Assembly: GCA_951406725.2 (NCBI GenBank)
Contig: OX597821.1
Coordinates: forward strand, 21,266,001 to 21,330,000
Source of the DNA: Octopus vulgaris
Taxonomy: Eukaryota
Reading direction: 5' to 3'
Length of the DNA stretch: 64,000 bases
This document shows, one piece after another, positions 1-12,149 of this stretch. The notes beneath the pieces were generated by a model. That model had not been told where the DNA came from. It did not search any database and saw only the letters and a program-made list of their open reading frames with translations. The position numbers and the translations under genes are program-made. Each line of letters begins with the position of its first letter. The first letter of the stretch is position 1.

Positions 1-449
1 CGGATTTTTTTTTAAATATCTGCAAGATAGCTTGAAATTGTAATGGATGAAGTGTAATATGGTCTCCCTATTATATAAATCGTATCTCCAAGGTGTTAAT
101 TACTTCCTTTAAATATTAATTTGTTTGACTCTTTCGATCCCTTTGATTGGCGAAGCATCTTCAAACAGTCCAGTCAAACGCGCTCACCGGTCAAAAAGGC
201 GTGGTCTTTATCACAAAATCAAAGAAATTACGCACACAAAACATGTAATTAGCACCCGATTATATGGTAACTGACTGCAATATTTTCAAGCTGTTGATTA
301 AGATATGTATTTTGTTGAAATTCGCCGAAATTCTGCATTCAATCAAGGTTTTTGCAAATTGTGAGCCATAATGAGGGAAATTCTGTTTCAAATTATTAGG
401 GGCCCATCAAACCACCCGCCTTATATGCGGCGACGCATTATAAACACGG

Positions 450-531
<82 letters not shown>

Positions 532-547
532 TAATAATAATAATAAT
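450..547. repeat. (AAT)n microsatellite; one example of the many simple-repeat tracts in the window
   Basis: Directly visible. Other large tracts include (TG)n 3412-3527, (TAGA)n 4960-5100 and 21595-21693, and (TA)n 26917-26990. Confidence 0.98.
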
Positions 548-759
548 TCTTTTTACTTTAGACACAAGGCCTTACGTTTGGGTGGGAGGGGACAAGTCGA
601 TCATATTGACCCAATACTTGACTGGTACTTAAATTATCAACCCCAAAAGGATGAAAGGCAAAGTCAACCTTACTGGAATTTGAATTAAGAACGTAAAGAG
701 AGACGAAGTACCACTAAACATTTCGCCCGGCGTGCTAGCGATTCTGCTAACTCGCCGCC
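548..759 (-). mobile_element. tRNA-derived SINE family S1 (GGCGGCGAGCTGGCAGAA head; GCCTTTCATCC..GGGGTCGA..AAGTACCAG core)
   Basis: Homologous to the other S1 copies in the window, with an (ATT)n tail. Confidence 0.8.
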
Positions 760-806
760 TTAATGATGATGATGATGATATTAATGTGTGTCTCTCTTTA
801 CTAAAG

Positions 807-841
807 ATCTGCCATTTTGAATACAAAATGTCACATCATTG
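807..841 (+). other. Weak candidate small exon (35 nt)
   Basis: TCTCTCTTTACTAAAG|ATCTGCC..CATTG|GTAAGG. Support is splice-site consensus only. Confidence 0.25.
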
Positions 842-1124
842 GTAAGGAGAGACACACAAAAAAGAAAAAAGAAAGCAAAGATCACTGACGAGGACACAGA
901 CGTGTGACGAAAGAACTCTGGCCGAAATACAATTAATATAAAAATAAAGCTGACGTAAGTGAACACCAAATATATAGTGCGTTTCACATCAAGAATCTTG
1001 CAAAATGAATATATAAACGTAATAATAATAATGATAATAATAAGAACAACAACAACAGCAACAGCACCAACAACCCCATCAACAACAACAGAACAACAAC
1101 AATAACAATAACAATAACAATAAC

Positions 1125-1225
<101 letters not shown>

Positions 1226-1227
1226 TC

Positions 1228-1890
1228 CTTTCTTTATTCACCACTGAGGATGCACATAAAAAAGTCTGGGGACTGTTCAGAACAATATAACACATATAGA
1301 ATGGGATTCAATAACAAATAAATCTCCAAATGTAGGAGAGGTTCAAAAACTGCTCGTAAAACCATACAAAAACCACGATTGGCCTGACCTCTAGGGCAAG
1401 TGCTTTCTCCACTTCATCTGCCTCGATCTAGAGGTGCATGCTAAGAATAAGCCAGTTCAGATAGGTCATTCGCTGTATATTCATCCACCTTTTAATAAAA
1501 TATCTTGGAAGGAACAATTCCCTTCCACCCTCATTTTCATTTTCAAGGGAATCTTATAGCAGTTGATGAGGCCTTGGCCAAAGAGAAAAGTGTCTGTCTT
1601 CAGCCCTTTCAATGTGGTCCACCACAGGTATCTACATTTGGGCGAGGTGTTGCTGAAATGCCGTAACCTGCTCCGGCTCGAGTACTATGTGCCCATTTTG
1701 GTCCACCAAATACCGAATTGGTGCTTTCTTGTCTTATTGTGCCTCTGCCACTGGGGATCATCGAGGGGGCTTTCGTTTCTCTTCTCTTCGAGCAATCACG
1801 CAGCTCTCACAATACAAACTTCGTGACTTGAGTCAATCTCGCAGCCAGCACATCGGTTACAATGCCTTTCCTAAGCTCCTCTCTAAAGTT
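1228..1890 (-). pseudogene. L1/Tx1-like LINE 3' remnant
   Basis: The minus strand gives WWTTLKGLKTDTFL.GQGLINCYKIPLKMKMRVEG..RW, resembling Tx1 C-termini, followed by an (ATT)n tail. Confidence 0.45.
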
Positions 1891-3389
1891 TTTTTTATTT
1901 AAAGTTCCCTTCTATTTTATTTCTTTCTATCATTAATACCTTACTAAACCTAAGCGATTCTACTCTAATTGCCTTTTTCAGGACAAACCACAATTTGTTG
2001 ATGACGAATGTCCGCTTAACTAATTCTGTAATACACTTTATGTGGTGGTGGTGGTGGTGATGGTTTTGGTGGTGGTGGTGGTGGTAGTGGAGGGGTGGAG
2101 TTGTTGTTGTTGGTGGTGGTGGTGATAGTGGTAATGGTGGTGACGGTGGTAGTGGTGGTGGTGGTGGTGGTGATGTGATGATGCTAGTGGTTGTGGTGGT
2201 GTTTGTTGCATTTTTTGCTGTTATTAGCGATATAACACACACTTCACAATGCCGGCCTAAAAAACAAAATAGAAAAAAATAATTTAATTGCATTTCGTTT
2301 CAATTCAATGCAGTGAAAATGGCGACTTTATCATTTCCGGATTTCTGTGAATGTCTAGAATTTCTAAACATTGTACGCAAGACAGCGGCCATGTTGGAAC
2401 TAATTTACTTCCTCATTAACTACTGGACATTGGCCTAAAGTTGAACTCCTATATATAGTTCTCCAATGATCTTTGACAGAGTGATTGGTCCTACATTTAA
2501 ATACTTCTGTGGAAGTTCACACAATGACACCATCTTACCTATTGCTTCTTGATAACCTTTAATCTAATGATCATTTTTAGTTATGATGACTCAGTGAACT
2601 TTGTCCTACACGTGATCTGCCCTTTCTAAGTCTCCCAGCAAACATTCACTTCCATATGTCCCGTACAAAGCGCTCGCGGGGAATTTCAAGTTATAACGAT
2701 CGTTTTCATATTTAATCCCTTAGTAGACACTGATTTCATGGTGTATTTTTATAGTTAAGCTCACAGTCCACGAGCTCACAACCAACGTTACTCTATGGGG
2801 ATTGTTTCCTGGAGTTAATTCCTCTGGAAATTTTAACCTAATCACCTGCTACATAGTATTTCAATTACACATCAACTCAGATGGAATCCTACAGATATCA
2901 CAATTAACTTTTAATTAACTAGTTACTCATGTTAAATTGTCTGTAGATTTTGACTGGTCTTATGGCCACTACACTGATTTTCTTATCAAGCTTTGATCGA
3001 AGTCTGTCTCTAACATGTAAAGTGGCATGCGAGCTGTTCGGTTTAATAACCGCTAAATGGAGATGCGGAACTGAATAAAAAAAAAACGACTCTGTGGTCA
3101 GATGTTGGAAATGGTTATAACGGACTTTTCATAGTGCACTGCAGCTAGAAATAGATGTAAAACAAAGAGGGAACCTGCTAACAGTAGCATCCACATCTAA
3201 TTCAGGTTACAGCCTTCCAGTTTAGAAAGGAACACATCGATGACATGCTTTGGATTACAATATCCCGAAATAGCGGCAATAATAATGATTGATATAGATT
3301 TGAACGGACGTAACATTCACCAATGCCAAATGAAAGTTAAGTAGTATAATGGATGGATGCACAGATGCATGGATATACATAAACATATG

Positions 3390-3531
<142 letters not shown>

Positions 3532-3532
3532 G

Positions 3533-3860
3533 TGAAGACGCGTGGCTCAGTGGTTAGAGCGTCGAGCTTACGATCGTGAGGTTGTGAGCTCGAATCCCGG
3601 ACCGGGCTGCGTGTTGTTTTCTTGAGCAAGACACTTTATTTCACGTTGCTCCAGTTCACTCAGCTGTAGAAATGAGTTGCGACGTCACAGGTGCCAAGCT
3701 GTATCAGCCCTTGCCTTTCCCTTGGACAACATCGGTGACGTGGGGAGGGGAGGGCGACTGCTGGTCTTCCATAAAAAAACAACCTTGCCCAGACTTGTGC
3801 CTCATAGGGTAACTTTCTAGGTGCAAACCCATTGTCAGTGTCTGACCGAAGGGGGTCACA
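3533..3860 (+). mobile_element. tRNA-derived SINE family S4
   Basis: TGGCTCAGTGGTTAGAGC A-box, GCTCGAATCCC B-box and a CTTGAGCAAGACACTT core-like segment. Confidence 0.75.
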
Positions 3861-4266
3861 ATATATATGTGTGTGTGTGTGTGTGTGCATGCATACATAC
3901 ATACATACATACACATATAAGCAAACATATCTAGACATATAATACTAATATATGTAATATATGTACTTACAGACTTGTTAGCAGACGGGAGGTTGCAGAC
4001 ATTTTAGAGCGGTTTTCTACTCCTCAGTACCAGGCAGAATGACAGACGCGATGAGAGACAAGAGAGACTGCCCTTATATTCCCGTCATCGTACAGTGACT
4101 CGTTGCGCTAGTTATTGGATCGCCACAGATAAATTACGGCATGAACACGCTACGCAGTGATGTGTATAAATACACACACCTGTATACAACGAGAAATTTT
4201 CTCCATATCAAAATACAGTGAGAAACATTATTACGGGTTCGAATATACCTCAAGAATACTTCAACA

Positions 4267-4335
<69 letters not shown>

Positions 4336-4353
4336 ATTATGTATGTATGTATG

Positions 4354-4386
<33 letters not shown>

Positions 4387-4419
4387 GTATATATATAATA
4401 AAAATAATATATAAATATA

Positions 4420-4456
<37 letters not shown>

Positions 4457-4984
4457 GTGTACATACCTACCTACATATGTATATATACACGCATATATGG
4501 GTACAGGACATTAAAAAAAACGTTGAACACAATGAGAAACGAGAACATAAAAACAAAAACATAGAAACGAAATTTTTTCGGACAACGAAAAAACAGAGAA
4601 ACGAGACATACAACATAAAGAATATTCCCCTTCTTCAGTTGTCCCTGTTTCAACTACTTCGCGTTACGAAGGTAAGGACAAGACACGAGTTTGTTGAAAC
4701 AGTCCTTCCTGGAAACTAAATTAAATAAAATTTGGGATTTTTTACGGAGGGTGAAAGTGGTAATAAGAACAGGACAGTGAGAAAAAAATAGTAAAAACAA
4801 ACGTTGTAGGTTGTTAAGCCAAGACAATAGAAAACTTCTGAACGCCAGCAGGACGAGGTTATGAAGGAGACGGTATAAGCACGTTTTTGTCTTTACGAAG
4901 GTAGTAGTCAGAAAGATAGATTATCTTTCGACAAACACACACATGCACACACACACACATAGATAGATAGATAGATAGATAGGT

Positions 4985-5088
<104 letters not shown>

Positions 5089-5112
5089 GATAGATAGATA
5101 TGTATATATATT

Positions 5113-5755
5113 CTTTTACTCTTTTACTCTTTTACTTGTTTCAGTCATTTGACTGCGGCCATGCTGGAGCACCGCCTTTAATCGAGCAAACTCGACCCCG
5201 GGACTTATTCTTTTGTAAGCCCAGTACTTATACTATCGGTCTCTTTTGCTGAACCGCTAAGTAACGGGGACATAAACATACCAGCATTGGTTGTCAAGCA
5301 AAAAAGGCGGCGAGCTGGCAGAAACGTTAGCACGCCGGGCGAAATGCTTAGCGGTATTTCGTCTGTCTTTACGTTCTGAGTTCAAATTCCGCCGTGGTCG
5401 ACTTTGCCTTTCATCCTTTCGGGGTCGATTAAATAAGTACCAGTTACTTAATCCGTTTGTCTGTCCTTGTTTGTCCTGTCTGTGTTTAGCCCCTTGAGGG
5501 TAGTAAAGAAATAGGTTGTCAAGCAAAGCTAGGGGACAAACACAGACACACAAACACACACACATGCACATATATATATATATATATATATACATATATA
5601 CGACGGGCTTCTTTCAGTTTCCGTCTAGCAAATCCATTCACAAGGCTTTGGTCGGCCCGAGCCTATAGTAGAAGACCCAAGGTGCCACGCAGTGGGACTG
5701 AACCCGGAACCATGTGATTGGTAGACGAGCTACTTACCACACAGCCACTCCTGCG

Positions 5756-5757
<2 letters not shown>
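5113..5757 (-). mobile_element. tRNA-derived SINE family S2 (GGCGCAGGAGTGGCTGTGTGG head, internal TA/TG microsatellite, (GAGTAAAA)n tail), interrupted by S1
   Basis: Homologous to the copies at 37.7, 41.2, 42.7 and 45.0 kb. B-box-like GGTTCAGTCCC present. Confidence 0.88.
5306..5513 (+). mobile_element. SINE S1 nested in SINE S2 with a 14-bp TSD
   Basis: TSD GGTTGTCAAGCAAA at 5289-5302 and 5514-5527. Confidence 0.9.
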
Positions 5758-5829
<72 letters not shown>

Positions 5830-5933
5830 GACAGAAACAGGGACAGAGGTAGATACATAGACATATATACATACATGCATACATATATATGTATATGTGT
5901 ATACACACAGATACACACACGCACACACACAAT

Positions 5934-5980
<47 letters not shown>

Positions 5981-7063
5981 GCAGAAACATACTTATAACT
6001 AAAAGCAAAGTTCCTTTACAAAATACTGGTTCACATCAATGAATACATAATAAGACAAGAAGCAGGTGATTTTAAAACTAGATTCTTAAATCAGGTCTGA
6101 AATTGATCATAGCAAATCTACGTACGAGTGTAGGATTGAAAAAAACATCATCCCCATTTACACACACACACAAACATACACGCACACATACATCTGCACA
6201 CAAACACATACAGACATACAAACACGCATATATATACATAAGTACGCACATACACATATATATATATACATATATATATTTGTATTTATATATATATATA
6301 TATATATATAAAGACAAATAAAGAAATATATATTTTTAAGCAATTTAACAATAAGAATAGCTTATCTCCGACGATAACCTCAAATTAACCCTGAAACACT
6401 GTACCTCAAGTTTCGTTGGAATATTTGTTTATATTTTGTTTAAACAGACAGAAAGAGACAAAATATGGAAAAAAGAGGTCAATCGAAGTTCCTCTAGAAA
6501 ATATACCTCGATCAGTATCTAAAAAAGCAAAAAAAAAATGGAGAAAAGAAAAATACAGAAGAAAAGAGAAAGACGAAGACGAAATGATATAGAGAGTAAA
6601 AGAACTGATGAGAGAGAAATCAAAGTAGTTGTGAGAGAAACTGTCAGATCAGCAGAGACACACAATCATACTGAAATAAAAGTTTCAAGTGGACACATAA
6701 TAAGAGGTATTGTGTATTTAAATTGTTTATAAAGAAAGTTATTTTCTCCACTTATTCTGAAAAGAGGACTGTTTATACTTAGTATGTTTCCTTATATATA
6801 AATGCATATGAAGATGTGTGCGTTTGTGTGGATGTACGTTTAAGCATACATATGTGTGTGTAAATATGTATATATATATATACATACATACATGTATATA
6901 CATGTGTATATGTATATATGTGTGTGTGTGTGTGTATGTAAGTATATGCTTTTATGTATTTGGGTAGTTATATTTTTTCATGCGTTTTTTGGAAGCAAGG
7001 TTAAATACTAAAATAGACAAATCAAAGCGGGATGATTCTGGTCTGTGTATGGGTGCACATGAC

Positions 7064-7108
<45 letters not shown>

Positions 7109-7248
7109 ATGTGTGTGTGTGTATGTCTGTGTATATATATATGTGCATGTATGTGTGCGTCTTTTTGCATGTATGTATGTATATATAGGGAAAGAGATAG
7201 ACAGACAGACAAACAGACAGAGAGAGAGACAGACGGACAGACAGATAA

Positions 7249-7291
<43 letters not shown>

Positions 7292-7359
7292 CATTTATGC
7301 TTGCATGCATATGAATGTATATATAACTAATACGCACTGCATATAGATTGACAATTACT

Positions 7360-7397
<38 letters not shown>

Positions 7398-7432
7398 CGC
7401 AAATACATACATCATATTCGTATGGACGAGAG

Positions 7433-7469
<37 letters not shown>

Positions 7470-7560
7470 ACATATATATATTGATTGATTGATTCTAGTT
7501 TCAGCTTATGAGCTGTGGCCATGCTGGGGCACCGCATATATATATATATATATATATATA

Positions 7561-7838
7561 AATATTAAAATTACTAAGTCTCTCTAAAAGAGAACACGGC
7601 AGCGTTCCTGGAAATTAATAGTTATCGCCATACTAATATGGCATTCTTATAAAAATAAGAATAAAGCTGTCCGCTTATTAGCTCCATGAGGCCATCGCCT
7701 TAAATTAGCTATTTGTTCGAAGGTTATATGGATACAGTTTGTGTATCAAATAGCTAACTTAAGGCGATGGCCTCATGGAGCTAATAAGCGGACAGCTTTA
7801 TTCTTATTTTTATAAGAATGCCATATTAGTATGGCGAT

Positions 7839-7841
<3 letters not shown>
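7561..7841 (-). repeat. (TA)n-embedded palindromic mini-insert: 95-bp arms plus a 60-bp tail
   Basis: Arms 7621-7715 and 7747-7841 show one mismatch and a 31-bp spacer. Confidence 0.92.
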
Positions 7842-7907
<66 letters not shown>

Positions 7908-7950
7908 ATATGTATTATGTATCTATGTATGTGCGTTTGCATGTATGTAT

Positions 7951-8864
7951 AAATATAAAAAATACAAAATAGGACTAGGACGCAAAATATCCAGGCAGTT
8001 AGGTGATACAAGAAAGAGACAACAAAACATCCAGATGGAGGATACAAAGAAAACAAGCACGAGTCATTCGGAGTTTTCTTTCCTCAGTCGAGCCCCAGAA
8101 TATCCTTGCAATTTCGGCTGCTTATACTCCAGATTGCTCCAATTTGGCCTGCCTCGAGGAAAATCTAAGCTAAGAACATTAGATTCCTTGGAAGAAAGTA
8201 GCGAATAAAAACGAAAACAATAACGGAAAAAAACGGAGAGGTTACACACACACACACACACACACACAGAGTAGAGACACAGGCAGAGGCAGAAAGACAG
8301 AAGAAATAAGGAGGGGCGAAAAAAATGACAGAGACACATTGAAGTGAAAAGAGGAGGGAAGTGAGCATGAAGAGAAGGCAGTGAAATATGAGAGAGGGGG
8401 AACGAAAGAAAGACTAGTGGAATGAACGAAGTAAGCGTGAAAGGGCTCATAGAGAAAAGAAAGAATGAAAGAATAAAAGAATAGAGTCGTAGAAGATTTA
8501 GATATATATATACTAACATATAAGTGACCAAAGTGTACGCACGCTGCTATATATATGTATATATATATACATATATATATATATATACAAAATAGGAGAA
8601 GAACGCAAAACATCTAGACAGGCGATACAAGAAAGGGACAACAACATATCGAGATAGACGCTAAAAAGAAAACAAGGATGAGTCATACTGAGTTTTCTTT
8701 CCTCAGTCAAGTTCCAGATTATCTTTGCAATTTCTGCTGGCTATACTCGAGATTGCTCCAATCTGGCCATCCCCAAGGAAAAACTAAGCTAAGAGCACTG
8801 TTCCTTGGAAGAAAGCAGCGACTGTATACGGAAACAAGGATGGAAAATAAAACGGAGAAAGTTA
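7951..8864 (-). repeat. Two copies of dispersed repeat family A
   Basis: 7951-8243 and 8585-8864 share TTTCCTCAGTC..GCAATTTC..AGATTGCTCCA..CTAAGCTAAGA..TTCCTTGGAAGAAAG. Confidence 0.85.
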
Positions 8865-8865
8865 C

Positions 8866-8932
<67 letters not shown>

Positions 8933-8939
8933 TATATAC

Positions 8940-8982
<43 letters not shown>

Positions 8983-9046
8983 TGTGTGTGTGTGTGTGCG
9001 TGTGTATATATATGTGTGTGTGTGTGTGCGTGTGTATATATATGTG

Positions 9047-9121
<75 letters not shown>

Positions 9122-9286
9122 ATATATATGTGTATGTACATATATCTATGAAATGTGTGTGTGCGCGCGATGTGAGTATAATGATATAGCTAGGCGGATG
9201 TCTGATAGTAAAAGTATGTGTTTTTCCAATAGTGTGTTATCTAAAAGAATGCTCATGCAGAAATATATACATATACACCTGTATAC

Positions 9287-9323
<37 letters not shown>

Positions 9324-9324
9324 T

Positions 9325-9775
9325 AAGGGTTTAGCAAAATGTTGCTTCACCACACCATAAATGCTTCAACATATATAATTCGGGGCGGCGCGGCCGTCGC
9401 AGCAGCGCTTCGCAACGATGACGGCCTGGCATTCCGTTCACCCTGTTTGCTTCGTCACAAACCCTTTGTATCCTATTCCAATCTTTACTCTCTATATCTG
9501 GGCAGGTACCACTGGTTTTGTTACAATAATGCTATCTATATATATCTCTCATCTTTTATCTAATTTGAAAGATTCCTTGTGTAAATTCGTCCTCTGAATC
9601 AAATCTTATTGTAGCTGGGGAAAGTCATTCTGTTTTAATGCGTTATTCATTAACACACTCACCGGTTCGATTTCCATTCATATACTTAATTATTTTTTCT
9701 AAAATTTTCCATACCGCTTGCCAACTTTTCAAAGGTCTTTGACTCTCTCCGTTATCAGAGCTGCATTCATTTTAT
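9325..9775 (+). repeat. Dispersed repeat family B (partial copy at 32470-32645)
   Basis: Shared TTCGATTTC..AAAATTTTC..TCCGTTATC(A/G)GAGCTGC(A/G)TTC. Confidence 0.55.
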
Positions 9776-9984
9776 TTGTTTGTGCGCATATGTGTGCGTC
9801 AGTGTGTATGTGTATACACGTATGTATGTATGTTTGTATTTATGTATGTATGTATGTATGTAAGTGACTATGTATGCATGCGAGTGCATGCATGTATATG
9901 TATGCATATATATATTCTGTATGTGTGTACGTTTGTATTATGCACATTAATGTGTTTCTCTGTTCATGTTTGTGGGTTTGTATG

Positions 9985-10024
<40 letters not shown>

Positions 10025-10509
10025 TACACGTACAAATATATGCATTTAAGCATATAGAGGCTATGCATAAACATGTATATATATATATGAATATGTGTAT
10101 ACAGACCCTTTTCACTATATCTTCATAGAAACTGTTGCCAACAACACCAAATTCAATCTCATTCTGACTTATGATTTATGAACCAGTGTATTATTTATAA
10201 ACATTCTTATATGGCCCATAAAAGAGCACAAAAATAACCTTGTGTACCAAAGGATATGGTGACCTCATTTTATATATGTTTACTAATATACTTTCATATT
10301 TAATTCAACCCAAAACAATAGCAAAATTTGAATACCAAACCTCAGTCTCTCATACCTTTCCTTCATCGTAAATTTACGAGAACTTTCTATCTTCAACACC
10401 CGACAATCATTTGCTTATTCCCATCCTTCTGTATATTTCCTCACTTTTTTACACAGATACTTCTTAAGTGTACTTGTATCATACCTAATTCTCATTTATA
10501 TTGACTGAT

Positions 10510-10687
10510 TTAAAATTTTGATACAAGGCCAGCATCTTCGGAGGAGGGAGTAAGACGATTGACACCATCCCGGAAAGGATGAACGACAAAGTCAATCTTG
10601 GCGTAATTTGAAATTAGAACTTAAGGACAGACGAAATTCCGCTAAGCATTTTGCTCGGCGTGCTAGCAATTCTACCAGCTCGCCGCC
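10510..10687 (-). mobile_element. SINE S1
   Basis: Reverse-complement head CCAGCTCGCCGCC and core. Confidence 0.75.
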
Positions 10688-10848
10688 ATAATTCTTATTT
10701 ATACTGCAAGCGTATCTTTGGGAAAACAATAAATATGAACTCTAGTAAACAGCATCGATTGATCTTTCATTTTAACTTAAACTATACGCCTGTATTTCTT
10801 CAGATAAAACAAACAATTATATGAAGCAATTGAGAGATTTGTAACATA

Positions 10849-12050
10849 CAGGGGAGGGGGTTGGACAAAATAATGGAAACATCTTAAAATTTCAAACAAA
10901 ATTATTTTAATATGGTGTAGGACCGCCTTTGGCAGTAATTACAGCTTGAAGTCCACGAGGAATGGACTCGTACAAAGTTTGAATTGTTTCCAAAGGATAT
11001 TTGGTCCATTCTTCAGCTAAAACAGTTTCCAGTTCTTGTAGTGATGATGGTGGACGATATCGACTCCTCACTTGTTTTTCTAAAATGCACCATAAATGTT
11101 CAATAATATTGAGATCTGGGGATTGTGGTGGCCAGATAAGATGTTCAACTTGACTACAATGTTCTTCGTGCCATTCAGTAACAACTTTAGTGAGTTGATG
11201 CATTATCATCCTGAAAGATTGTGTTTACCTCTGGAAACTGTTCCGCAACCATAGGATGAATTTTATCTGATAAAATGCTTAAATAGTCTTGACTATTAAT
11301 TCTGCCATCAAGGGAAACCATTGGGCCGTCAGATTTCTAATATCCTCCTCCATTTTTAACAGTTGGAAGAAGGCAGTCTGGGTCAAATGCTTCCTTTTGG
11401 CTGTCTCCACACGTATACTCGGCCGGGAGTCGGAAATCAGGTAAAAGATGACTCGTCCAAGAAAATAACATTTTACTACTGCTCTCGGGACCAATTCTGT
11501 AGGTTTTTATTCCACACTAAACGCTTTGCAATGTTTGTTTTTGAAATTCAGCTTTGTGCCGCTCCCGGCAAACAGATTTTGCGGAAACTGGGTTCTCAAG
11601 ATGGTCATTAAGTTCTGCAGTAAATTTGGGAGCTTTTGTGATCCTTTCTAACAATACGCGTAAGAGTCCGACGGTCCCTATCTGAACGTTTTGGTTTTCT
11701 TCCGGAGTTTTGTTTCGACGAGGAGGTTCTTCCCTCTTTCTCAAAGGCTGTCATTACTTTCGAAACAGTACTTCTTGATACACCAAACATTTTGGCTATT
11801 TTCGTTACGCTAGCGCCTGCCATACGAGCACCAACAATTTGACCTCTTTGAAAGTCCGATAGATCTGTCATTTTAATGAATTTTAATAATCTTTTTCTGA
11901 AAATAAACAGCAATCTTAGCAAAACATATTAGGCAGCACTAACAGTAAATCAAAAAAATATAAAAATGAACAAGCTTTTGAGGTTTTATAGATATTTCAA
12001 AATTATGATGCTATGGTGCTAGGCGTTTCCATTATTTTGTCCAACCCCTG
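10849..12050 (-). mobile_element. Tc1-family DNA transposon, full-length, defective
   Basis: TIR CAGGGGTTGGACAAAATAATGGAAAC at both ends; the left copy has a 6-bp G-rich duplication. TA TSDs lie at 10847-48 and 12051-52. Confidence 0.93.
10907..11871 (-). pseudogene. Tc1 transposase, frameshifted
   Basis: Fragments MTDLSDFQRGQIVGARMAGAS..SGRKPK, TAELNDHLENPVS, and WPPQSPDLNIIEHLW..AVITAKGGPTPY lie in different frames. Confidence 0.9.
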
Positions 12051-12114
12051 TATAACTCAATTAATTGAGCACTGCAAGCTTTAATATGATTTCTATTATT
12101 ATTGCAGCATTTTG

Positions 12115-12149
<35 letters not shown>

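Noticed and set aside
881-930. CTGACGA-GG-ACAC..GTGT-GAC-GAAA-GAAC-TC hammerhead-like string
   Set aside because: Stem II base is mispaired, stem I is only ~3 bp, and there is no retroelement context. Not supportable.
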